64,000 bases of DNA, taken from Fonticula alba ATCC 38817. Its lineage: Eukaryota > Protista > Nucleariida. Below the pieces are notes generated by a model, which saw nothing but the letters and a program-made list of their open reading frames with translations, did not search any database and was not told the DNA's origin. Below, in pieces: positions 36,246 to 47,752 of the stretch. Location: NCBI GenBank assembly GCA_000388065.2, contig KB932202.1; one strand, written 5' to 3'. The position numbers and the translations under genes are program-made. How positions within the stretch are numbered: the first letter of the stretch is position 1; the number at the start of each line of letters is the position of its first letter.

Positions 36246-37075
36246 GGTGGCGGGTCACCGAGGGCGGGGGAGAGCGCAGCGCGGAGAAGCCAGGCAGGGG
36301 GGAGGGCGAGGGGCAGGGAGGCAAGCAAGCGGAGGGGAAGAAAGGGAACACACAGGGACGAGGGGGGAGGGGGGAGGGGGGAGGGGGATGATGCGTATTG
36401 CCGAGATGTCTCGCGCGGCTCCCACCCCAGGGCGGATCCCGAGATAGGCCAGCAGATGCCCACGCACCATGAAATGCCGATGCAACGGACTATCATGTGT
36501 CCTCTACCTAAATAACTGTTACCGGGCTGCCGCTTTTCAAACTGCCTGTTCCCGCGCCGGCGGCCGGGAGCTTTTGGCTTGGGACGGGCGCGTGCGTGTG
36601 TGCCGGAAACTGGCGCCGAGAAGGGCCATCCCTCTCGGGAGGGGGGGGGGGGGGGGATGTCTGCGCGTGTGTGGGTGCGAGGGGGCTTGGGGAGGCCATA
36701 TGTCCGACCGCGATCCGCCGATCGGATCGGCAGTGTTTCCAAGCCGCCTGGTCGCCGGGCCGCCGGTTTCCAACGAGGGGAGGCCCAACGGCATGGAGGG
36801 CGCCCGAATCCCAGGGGGCGAGGGGAAGATCGCCGAGCCCCCTCGGGGGCAAGGCACGGGCGCCGGAGAACCACACTCATCGGGGTGGCCAGTGCTCCCT
36901 TGGCGGAGCGACGCGGCACCATCCCCCGTCGCCCGCCATCGGCCCCTCCCCTGCTTTTGCCTTTCTCTCCCTCGCTTTCTCTCTCTCTCTCTCCCCCCCC
37001 CCCGTGCCGTGCAGCTGCTCCCCTCCCTCGGCCCTTTCTCTTTTCCCCCTCCCCGCCCCATCAAGCGCACCTCCA
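36246..37075. promoter_or_regulatory. Probable bidirectional promoter / 5' region between CSTF2 (-) and CAP-H (+)
   Basis: Head-to-head ATGs ~830 bp apart. Inferred from gene geometry only. Confidence 0.45.
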
Positions 37076-40000
37076 ATGGCGCAGCACTCCAGGCGGTCAG
37101 TTCCCTCGGCGGATGTGGCGGCCGCCGTGTCGGCAGCCATCGCCTCCGGTGACGCTGGCCGGGACGTGGCCCCCACGTCGCTCGCCAATGGCGCCACCCT
37201 GGCCGGGCAATCGTGCTACGGCCACATCTCTGCCGAGCAGTACAACGCATGGATGAAGATCTGCACGGACAATGTACGTCGGCTGGCCATGGCCATCCCC
37301 AGGGCACGAGGCGGAGGCAGGGAGCGGAGGGGCGGGGAGAGGGGGGGGGGGGGGGGGCCCTGCCGCGTGCCTACGCCCAGCTTCGCCCTGACGGCCTGCC
37401 CGGCCCCATGCTTGCCCCTGTTGCTGACCCGATGCGATGACAGAAAATCAACTCCACCAACTCCTGGGATGTGGACCTGATCAACTTCTTCCACGCGGTA
37501 ACCGTGGACCCGGCGCCCAGTGCGGCGGCCTCATCGACGGCCGCCGCGCTGGGCTTCACGTCCGGCTCCACAGGGCAGATCAACTTCCAGGTGGCCAGCT
37601 GCACGCTGGACGGCTGCGTCAAGGTGTACTCCACCCGTGTGGACTCTCTGTCGGTGGAAACCAACCGGCTGTTGACCGGTCTGGCGGCCTCCTACACCGA
37701 CCCCGGCAAGGAGACCGCCGGGTCGGATGCCGCCGGCGAAGATGGCACCGGTGTCGCGCCCAGGAAGCGGGTGCGCCTCGATTCCCCCGCATGTGTGTGT
37801 GTGTGTGTGTGTGCCAGCCTGGCCCCCCTGTTTGCCCCCTCCTGACCCGGGCGCTTTTGGCGCCCCCCTCCTTCGTTCCCTCGCCCCCCCCCCCCCCCTT
37901 GGTCCCCCTGCCCCTCCCGCCTCCGGTCCGGCCTCTTTGCCCTTGCCCGCCCACGGCACACAGACCACGCGCACTCTGGAGGAGAACGAGGCCAACCTCA
38001 GCGCCAAAGGCGGGGACATCCACTCTGCGCCGGACCCCCTCTTTCAGAAGACCACGGCCGAGTTCGATGAGGGCGGCGTGTCGGGCCTGCTCCTGAATAC
38101 CCTGTCGCTGGATTTCTCGGGTCGCGTGGTTTTCGACACGTCGGCCGCGGCTCCGCTGCGCGACCAGGTCCGCGAGGCGGGGCAAATCGCCCGCGAGCCG
38201 CAGCTCGCCTCCACCGACCGCAGTGAGGCCATCGCCCGGCTGCGCGGTATGTCCAGCCGCTATTGCTGATGTTGCTGATGTTGCTGCTGCTGTTCCTGCC
38301 GGTGGCAGGTGGCTTCCCCCCTCCCCGCGTGTGCCCTTTTTTTTTTCCTTCCCCTGACCCATGTTCCTCCTGCGTCGGCCTGGCGTGTGGCCGGCGGCTT
38401 GGCAACCATGCCCGCCCTGCTTTTCCTCCTGCCGCAGAATCCTTCCTCCCGCTCCTGGTCACGGTCGACCGGCGGGACATCTGCCCGACTTTCAAGAACT
38501 GGTCCTTCGCCGAGCTGGTGCAGCAGGCCGAGAAGGGCGAGCTCCCCAGCCTGCCCATCCCCTCGACCATTGGCCTGAATGCCGGGCCTGGCGGGCTGGC
38601 CGGCGCGCTAGATGGCTCGCTGGACACGGAGAAGAATGTGGCGGCCACCATTTCCGCGGCCCTGGGGTCGGATGCCGGGCCGATGGGCGCCAGTCAGCGC
38701 ACCCCGACCCCCGGGCCGGACCACGAGGGCCTGGACTTCCAGTCGCTGTTGGATATGGCCACGGCCGACGATGCGGCCGTGGCCCAGGCCGCGGCCGGGC
38801 TCGGGCCCGCGGGCGACGCGCGCCTCTCGGACACCGGGGCCCCATGGACCGCGCCGGACCATGATCCGTACTACAATTTCGACTTCGACACCGGGGCGCC
38901 GGACATGCCGCTGGACCCGGCCACCGCCTCGGGGCTCGGGAATGGGCCCGACGACCAGGGGGCCGACCTGCCGGGCGCCTCGCTGGCCGGGTCCATCCTG
39001 GGCGCGGACTTGGACTCGCTGGCGGCCTTCGCCGATCTGGAGCCGCGCGCTGCCTCCCTGTCCAGTGCTCTGCTCATGGGCGGGTCGAATCAGGCCGGCG
39101 CGTCGCTGACCGCCGAGGAGGCCCTGGCCGCGGCGACCAAGCGCCGGAAGTCCACTCGCAAGGGGCAGGGCCCCTTCCTGATGGACCTGCTCGGGTGTGT
39201 GGCCGAGCTGGAGGAGGCCGCCCAGCCGGGGGGCTCGGCCGGCCGCGGCACCGACGGAACGGATGCCGAGGAGGACACCGGTGGCGCCGGGCCCGGCGCC
39301 GGCGGCACCGGCCCCACTCCGGCCCCCGGGTCCGAGGTGGTTCTCGGCTGCCGGCTTTTCATCCGGGCCAAGCCCTCGCAAATTGACCTGCCCTCGGTGG
39401 AGCGCTTTTCCGTCCTGACCATGGCCGAGCTGGAGGAGGCGGCTGCTCTGGCCGGGCGTCCGACCGGGCCCGGCAGCCGGCCGAAGCTCCGGCAGCTGGC
39501 CGCCGCGCAGAAGGCCCGCTTTGCGGCGGCCATCCGGTCGGATGCCATCCAGCGCCGGGCGCGTGACTATCTGCTCGACGAGTCGCGGGAGAATGACGCG
39601 CTCGAGATGCGGCGGCTGTTTACGCGGGAGCCGCTGGACAATCGCCTGTTGCTGGCTCCGGCCGATGGCACGGGGCCCGAGGCCGGTGGTGCCGGGGGAA
39701 TGGGCGCCACTTCCGGCGGGCTGACCGCCGGGGGGGCGTCCGGGCACCTGGCCGACGATGACCTGCACCACGACGACATGGACTTCCCGATGATGTTTGG
39801 CGCGGGCGGCGACGGGGAGGAGGGCATCCGCGCCGGGCCCGGGGCCAATCCCTTCGACGATACGCTTGGCAATCAGACCCTCACGGATTTGAGCATGTTC
39901 CCGGATCTCGGCGAGACGGCTCTCTTCCCGGAGGCCGGCGGGTCGGAGTATGGCGATGAGCTGGTGGCCAAGCCGCGCACCATTCACCGCATCGCCATCG

Positions 40001-40151
40001 AGTATGCCCGGACCGCCAAGCGGGTGGACATCAAGCGCTTGAAGAAGCACCTTTGGTCGGAACTGGAGGAGACCATTGCCCAGCCGGACCGGTGGTCCGA
40101 TTTGCTGGAGGGCATTCGCGCTCAGCAGGAGGCCGCCGAGGAGGCGTCCAA

Positions 40152-40183
<32 letters not shown>

Positions 40184-40659
40184 ACACCCAGGAGGATGGG
40201 TCCTCCTCGGGGGCGGAGGGGACCCCGGCCCCGCAGCCCGGGCATGAAGCCTCCCCCGGGGCCCCCATCCCGGGGGACCTCTACTATGAGCCCTCGGAGC
40301 GGACGTATCGCGCCCCTCCGGACGATGCCCTCCCCTTCAGTGCCATCATGTCGTCCCTGCGCAATGTCTACCCTCCGAAGCGCCTTTCAGAAATTTCCGC
40401 CGCCTATTGCTTCATCTGCCTGCTGCATCTGGCCAACGAGCATGGCCTCGATGTGCGGGACTCCACCGGCCTGGATGACTTGTACATTGTGGCCCCGGAG
40501 GGCACCCCGGCGGTGGTGGCTGCCGGGTCCTCCGGTGCGGGCTCCCCCCCGGCCGCTGCGTCCACCCGTCCGGCAGCCAAGGTAACCTTCCAGCTGCCGG
40601 AGGAACCCCCTGCGGCAGCCTCGGAGCTGGCCGAGCCGGTGCCCATGCAGCTCGACTGA
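37076..40659 (+). CDS. NCAPH: Condensin I kleisin subunit CAP-H (barren/Brn1/Cnd2)
   Basis: Exons 37076-37273, 37444-37770, 37964-38246, 38438-40659. WMKICTDN|KINSTNSW, NFQVASCTLDGCVKVYSTRVDS, TLSLDFSGRVVFD, IEYARTAKRVDIKRLKKHLW and ISAAYCFICLLHLANEHGL are Cnd2-family signatures. Confidence 0.95.
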
Positions 40660-41077
40660 AGGCGCATCCCCGCGCCAGAGGGCTGTTTCCTTTGCCGGAA
40701 GGGCGAGGATGGGTGCCGGGGGGATGCGTCCATATGTGTGTGTGTGTGTGTGTGTGTGCGCGCGAGTGTGTGTTCTTGCCTGGGTGCTCCAAAGCGGCGA
40801 GCCCCCTCGCACACACGCATGTGTGCGCCCGCCTAGACATACAGCCGCATGGATACACACTCCCCTCCCCCTCTCATCCTGCCCCTAGGAGGCGAAAAAT
40901 ACACTTGTCAACCATGCACCTCGTTCTGGGACACCATGAGGTCCCTTTTTTTCTTGTTTGGCTCTCTCTGATTTTTGCCATTTCGCCGGCGACCCATCTC
41001 CTGGCAGTCCATTGGGGGAGGACAAAACAGGGCACACGGAAAGGAAATACATGCATGTCGAGGATCCGTCCACCTAA

Positions 41078-41113
<36 letters not shown>

Positions 41114-41176
41114 CAGCAGCCGCGCCCGGGCCCCTGTGCACACGGACTACGCCGCCTCAGGGCCAGCGAGCCCTAG

Positions 41177-44125
41177 CTAGCCGAGAAAGAGCCCACGGAA
41201 AGTGGCCTCGATGATGCGCGCCAGGTCAGTGGCCGCGTCGTGGCAAATGTCTGCCAGATCGCCGGTGACAGTGCCATCAGCGGTGCCGACTTCGGTGAAC
41301 AGCCGGACGATGTCCTCCGTGCCACTGGGCCGGACGAAGGCCCGCGCCACCAGCGGCAGCCCGCACCGGGTCTTGAGGCCATTGAGTCGGGCCACCTCAG
41401 CCGCCAGGGCCTGGGCCACCTCGGTCGGCTGGCACAGCACATCCTCCTGATCCGGGGAGGTGAGGAACTTCGTGCGGTCGAGCTGCATCCAAGCGGCGTC
41501 CCCGGGGGCATCGAGTGTGAGCATGTAGCAGCTTAAGGTGGTGAGTATGCTGTGCTGCGTTGCGCCGTGCGACGATGTGCGACGCTGTGCGGGGCACGTA
41601 TGGGCATGGGTGTGTGTGTGTGCGCGCGCGCAGCAGGGAAAGGACTGCCCATGACATACCTTGAGGCTCTGCAAGTGCGAGGGCCAATCCCGATAGAGGT
41701 CGATCCAGCGGCGGAGCTCGACATCCAGATCGCTGGCAAGCTCAGTCCCAGGAGGAATGCCCTGGCCGGCCGGCAGGCATGTGGCCAGCGCGCGCCATGC
41801 CTCCTGCGCCCGGAGGGCCGCCTCGACCGCATAAATCAGACCAATCCCATCGCCGGTGAACTGGTTGAACAGCCGGCTGAAAGAGAGCAGCGCCCGGGCC
41901 GCATGGTGGAGGGGGGCCTGGTCGGCCGGAGTGGCGGCCAAATCAAGCAGGGCCCGACAGGCTGCCGGCGAGAAAAGCACCGTCCCATGGCCGTTGGCCT
42001 CGAAGTAGACCCCAACATCGAAGTGCCGCTCGGCCAGCGCGTGGAGGTTCTTGACGCCGGAGTTGGCGAACAGCGTTTCCACCCCCTGAAAGGGGGGCGA
42101 AAGGCGCGAACGGCCGAGGGGCGAGGGCGGCGGCGGTGGCGGTGGCGGTGGCGGCAGCGAGAGGAAGGGATGCGCTTTGGTCAGGGTCGATGAACCACGG
42201 CCAGGCCCATCGGCAAAGGCGAGAGGTGGCGGCGAGCAGCGAGAGGTGGCGGCGAGCAGCGCGAGCCGGCGAGCGAGGGGCCGAGGCACGCACCAAGACC
42301 TCGCGCGTGTACTTGGTCGACGCGCCATTGGCATAGCGCGTTTGCACGAACCCCAGGCGCAGCGAGGCTGCCACCTCCGGGCGAAGGTGCACCACCACCG
42401 CGATCAGCGACCGCATTAGCCGGAGGAGAAGCACGGCAATGCGATCGCCATCCAGGATGTCGAATGCCCGGGTGGCTGCCAAGGGCCGAGCACGTCAGGC
42501 ACGCAGACACGAGAAGGCGAGATGGCTGCCTGGGCGAGGACGAGCGGGCAAGTGCCCTGGCGTACTGGTGCTCAAGGAGGAGTAGATCAGTCGGTCGCCA
42601 TCACCATCGAGAGAGGCAATCCGCAGGGCAGGTGGCAGGCCGGCGAAGGACCCTCGCCCGGGTGGAAGGCGCTTGGATTTGACGAAGTCCGCGCCGCACT
42701 GCGGCCCGCGGGCAGGGGCCCGAAAGAAGAGGCACCCGGGACCGGCGGACCAGGGGGCGTTCCGGTGCGACCACATGTGCGCGCGTTAGCCCTGGTGCCT
42801 GGCAAGCGTGGGGGGAGAGGGGGAGAGAGGCAGGGAGACAGAGAGAGGGAGGGAGAGGACGCACGCCGGCATTGACGACGCTGCCGCGCTGCTCGGCCGG
42901 CAGCGGATCATTGTAGATCTGGCAGAAGCCCGGCGCCAGGTGCATGCTCTCGAGGACAGTGGCCCCGACGCCGTTCGCATGGTCGACGAAGACCGGGCAG
43001 GGTGTGGGGCTCGACACCGGACGGGCGGGCCCCTCGACACCAAGATGCCGGAGCACATCGCGCGTGGCCGCCAGGAAGGCATCGAAATGCCGCTGGAACC
43101 CAGCGTAGTATGTGGCCGGGGTGAGGGTGGCCTCGCGGTCCGCGAGCGGGTCCAGGCCGTTGGCCCGGGCCACGGCCCAATGGACCGCCGGCGTGGTGAC
43201 CGACCGCATGTCGAGCAGCTCCACGCCCTTGCCCGGGGGGAGGATGCTTCGCGCCCCGGCCAGCAGGGCGGCTTTGAGCCCGGGGCAGGAGGGGCGATTG
43301 TCGACCCCGACCAGCACCCGGGCCAGGGGCTGGCCCGGGGGGGCGGCATGCGCCTGCCGGAGGCGCTCGATCGTAGCCTGGTCCACCAGCGACAGGAGGG
43401 AGTCCGCCACGGCGAGGGCATCGGCCAGACGCGCGGCCTGGCCGAGCACCGGCTCCCAGGCAGCCTCCAGCATTTGACCCTGCGTGTCAATGATCTTCAG
43501 GCCATTGTCCTGCCGATGCCGGGCGGTGTGTTTTTGGCTGTTGGCGTGAGTGGGCGTCCAGGGGCTACAGACTGGTGGCCATGAGGGAAGGCCGGAGGAG
43601 GGAGCGAGAAGGGGGGCGGGGGGTGAAGAGGGGGNNNNNNNNNNNNNNNNNNNNNNNNNNNNNNNNNNNNNNNNNNNNNNNNNNNNNNNNNNNNNNNNNN
43701 NNNNNNNNNNNGGCGGAGGCGAAAGACGGCGGCATGAATCGCCGCGACGCCTCGACCCCCGCAGCCGTGGGCATCAGGGGGGGGGGAGAAGAAAAAAAAA
43801 ACAAGAAAGCAAGAGAGGAGGGGCCTTGACCGGGGGCAAATGAGGGGCCTACCTGGGGGGGATTGTGCGAGGCGGTGATCATGACACCGACCGCGGCACC
43901 GCCGGCGGCGAACGATCGCAAGGCGGCCGCCACACCAACTTTGGTCGCAATCGACTCCAGCACCGGGTCCGCCGTGCGACGGAACCCGGCTGTGCCATAA
44001 GTGATGTTCGCCAGGAGGGCATCGGTCCACTGGATTTGGGGGCTGGTAAAGTGCGCCACCGCCGAGGCGATGGAGCCCCGCACCGGGCAAATGTCGCCCA
44101 CAGAAGGGCCAGGAGTGGTGGTCAT
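41177..44125 (-). CDS. PGM3: Phosphoacetylglucosamine mutase (AGM1/PCM1)
   Basis: Multi-exon. YGTAGFR, VMITASHNP (catalytic Ser loop), VDHANGVGA, SLDGDGDRLIY (metal loop), GFVQTRYANGAS, VYFEANGHGTVLFS and FVRPSGTEDIVRLFTE. Stop TAG at 41177-41179. Confidence 0.95.
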
Positions 44126-44857
44126 GCTCCGGCTTTGCCTTGGCCGAAAGGGGGAGGCAGACGAGCGTCAACGGGTGACAGCGCGAGAGGCTGAACACGT
44201 ATGGGCAAGACGGGAGGATTGTGCGAGGTGCGGCGGCGGGGCTATGGGGAAGGGCAGAGCGAGAGAGAGAGAAGAAGAGAGAAGAAGAGGAAGACGGGGA
44301 GGGGCTGGGAGATGGAGTGGCGGCGAGAGCACTGCCCGGGCCTCCCCCCCGGCGGCGCGACGGCAGACACGCCCCGGCGCCTGAAGATGACGGCACCCTG
44401 GCCGGGGGCGCCGATCGCCGTGGATCCGTTGGCAGTCGCCGGACATTGTGGGCAACATCCCTGCCGCCACTGCCGCCTCATGACGGACCGCGCCGATGGC
44501 CGCGCCCCGAATGGCCGAGGCTGAACCCCGGGCGCCGGGAAGCCCACTCAAGATGCCCCGCAGTCTGGACGGCAATCGCACAAGGCCGCACGAAGAGCAC
44601 ACCCCCTGGACGGCTTCTGGCCAGTGACTTGTGAAATGTGTATTTGAGTGCAGGGAGATGGCGCCCGCGCGGCTGTGCGGCGGGAAGGGTGCGACAAGGA
44701 GGCGGGGTACCAGGCCATGGTAGCCACCCGGAGCCATGTCGGGAGGAATGCACCAGGGAGGGAGATGGCGGGAAGGGACAAGACAAACAGCCGGGTCGCA
44801 GGCGCCAACGCGCCACAGGCCCCGACCCAGGCGTCGCCGAGCGCCGCGTGCATGCAT

Positions 44858-45082
44858 TTACTCGAAGCGCGGCGGAACCGTCCCCCCGGGGATGTAGATC
44901 TGCCGAGGCCGGAAGATGCGCCCGGCCGGCTTCTCGTGGACCGTTTCGCGCCAGTGCGACAGCCAGCCCGCCAGGCGGGGCATGGCAAACATAACCGGGA
45001 AGAACTCTACACACACACAAGCACACAAATACGGACACGCACATGCGAGAGAGAGATAGCGAGAGAGAGAGCGAGAGAGAGC

Positions 45083-45139
<57 letters not shown>

Positions 45140-45289
45140 NNNNNNNNNNNNNNNNNNNNNNNNNNNNNNNNNNNNNNNNNNNNNNNNNNNNNNNNNNNNN
45201 NNNNNNNNNNNNNNNNNNNNNNNNNNNNNNNNNNNNNNNNNNNNNNNNNNNNNNNNNNNNNNNNNNNNNNNNNNNNNNNNNNNNNNNNN

Positions 45290-45323
<34 letters not shown>

Positions 45324-47752
45324 TCCAGGGTGAGACAAGGCAGGACGCATGGGCGGGTCTCGATGTGCCAGCGAGGAAGAGAGAGAGAGAGAGGGTGGCG
45401 AGGAAAAGGAAAAGGCCCGGCAGAAGGACACGGCAACGGTATGTGCAGGGAGGACGCACCTGTGGGAATGCCGAGAGCTGAAGGCCACAACGCGGTGGAT
45501 GACCCACAAGGGCAGGCGTGTCAATGGCAAGGCGCCCACCGCCGGGTGGCGAGGAGATGACCGACGAGCCGAGGAAGGGCACAAAGCGGCAGCCGAGAGA
45601 CGCACCCTTGTACAGGAGCCCGGTCCAGAAGTCGACATTCGGGAAGAGCTTGCGATCGCGGAAGTACACGTCATTGAGAGCCACCTCCTCCAGACGCCGG
45701 GCAATGGCCGCCAGACGGCGGACATCGGCGATGCGCTCGGCGTCGAAGGTCTGACCGGCGATGTCGGACTTGGGGCCGGCGTCGGCCAGCGCGGCCAGCG
45801 TGTCGACCACATCGCGAGCCGCCTCGGCCGCCTGCCGCGCGCGCGGATCATAGTTCTTGTACACCCGGTGGCCGAAGCCCATGAGCAGGCATTCCCGGCG
45901 CTTGACCTTCTCCAGGTACCCGGGGACCTGGTCCACGTGGCCGATCTCCTCCAGCATGCGAAGGACCGCCTCGCAGGCACCCCCATGCAGGGGCCCATAC
46001 AGGGCGGAGGCCGACCCGGCCACGGCGCTGTACGGGTCCACCGCCGACGAGGAAATGTGCCGCATGGCCGAAGTGGAGCAGTTGAGCTCATGCTCGGCGT
46101 GCAGGACAAACAGCAGGTCCAGGGCCTTGGAGAAGGCCTCCGGCGGGGGCAGGCTCCGGTCGGCACCCATGCCGAGCTGCGACCCCGAGGCCGTGCGGGG
46201 GGGGGGGGGGGGGGGGGAAGTCAAAGGGAGGGACAGCGGACAGATGTTAGAGTATGGGCCAGGGAGAAAAACCACCGGGCAATGCATACACCGGGCAGGG
46301 GCGGCCCGGCAGACGCCACCAGGCACGCACACCGGACATGGCCAGGAAGGTGGTGGCATAGTCCCAGCCCTGGGCCTGGGCGTGGCTCGAGGCGGCGGCC
46401 ACCGCGGCGAGGGCGTCGCGTGCGAGCGGCTCGTCGATGAGCTTCTGCGCCGTGAAAGAGGCCATCGCCTGGGCGGAAGACACTTCGGAGAAGGTGCGCT
46501 CCTCGGCGGGGCTCAGGCGCCCGGCCTCGGCGGCCATGGTCGCCTCGATGCTGGCCCCCTCGGCGCGGTACTTGCACCGGCGGAAGATGAGCGCCGCCAG
46601 GACCGGCGATTGGCGAAGGATCCGCTCGATCTGCCGGTCCGCCTCGGCTGGGTTGTTGCGGAAGTAGTTGTGGCCCGACGACTGCAGCATCCGAGGCCGA
46701 GGGGGGGCGGGGGGGCGGGGGGGTCAGCATGTCAGCGAGGATCCCGGCGGCGAAATGTCCCACCCGCATAGGTGGCGAGAAGTTCCGGCGGGAGGGGGCG
46801 GAGGAGAGCGAGAGAAAGGAGGCGAGAAAAAAACCGCGCCACCTACCGAGAGAGCCGGGTTCGAATCCGAGTGGAGGGCAGACATGGCACCCAGACCGCT
46901 GGGAACGAGGAAGACCGAAGGAGCGGAAGACGGACATGGCAGGCAGGCAGGCAGGCCGGAGGATGTTAGTCGTGTGATGGCGGGTGGCCCACAGCCGGGA
47001 GGCTCGATCGTTTGGCCTGGCTGCTTGGGCATCCGGGGACGTACCTGATGAACATGGACATCGGGTGGCCGGAGGTAGGCAGGGAGAAGATCAGCCGGGC
47101 CAGGGAGGCCATGTTGTCCGGCGTGGCCGCCGGGCTGAGGATCTGCTGCCACTCGCGGCGCTTTTCCGGCGTGGCGGGGGCCTGGCCGAACAGCAGCAAG
47201 TGCGCCACCTGGCACATGTCAAAGTTCTTGGCGATGTCCTCGATCGGGATGCCCCGGTACCGGAGGATGCCCTTCTCGCCATCGACGAAGGAGATGGACG
47301 ACTGGGCCACGGCAATGCTGGCCAGGGCCGGGTCGAAAATGAGCAGCCCCGGCCCGCCGCCGGCGGCAGGCTCCTCGGCCGAAGTGGCGGTCTTCTCCAC
47401 AGCCGGCGCGGGGTAGGGGCCGGGCAGGGGCCCGGGGGCGGTGATCTTCGCCAGATCCGAGGCATTGACGATGTGGCCATGGCGGATGGGAATGGTGTGC
47501 GTCTACGGGCCGGAGCGGGGGGAAGGCCCGAGCACGGCGAGCGTGACAAGTGGAGGGCAGTGTCAGGGCCATCAGGCTGGGGGGGGCGGAAAATCGGGCG
47601 AGGCCTACCTTGCCGGTGCGATTGTCCACCACGGTCAGAGTCTCTTGATAGTCCGGCGCGGCGGGGGCGGTCTGCAGGTGGTTGGCCAGCGAGTGCAGAC
47701 GCTGCTGAGCAAGGATGTCACCAGCGGCAGAGGCTCCGCCACTTTCGGTCAT
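44858..47752 (-). CDS. CS: Citrate synthase, peroxisomal/glyoxysomal (bacterial-like) type with a PTS2
   Basis: Exons 47609-47752, 47045-47502, 46847-46898, 46331-46681, 45606-46176, 45460-45477, 44858-45006, plus a possible upstream exon 48164-48204. ISFVDGEKGILRYRG, LHAEHELNCST, GPLHGGA, LMGFGHRVYKNYDPRA, PNVDF and RPRQIY are present. The N-terminus has RLHSLANHL. Confidence 0.95.
45050..45318. repeat. (AG)n microsatellite spanning an assembly gap in a citrate synthase intron
   Basis: Directly visible on both sides of the gap. Confidence 0.9.

Noticed and set aside
41080-41120. (CAG)n tract and ORF 40692-41180 between the convergent CAP-H and PGM3 genes
   Set aside because: Lies in a 3' UTR / intergenic region with no coding support.
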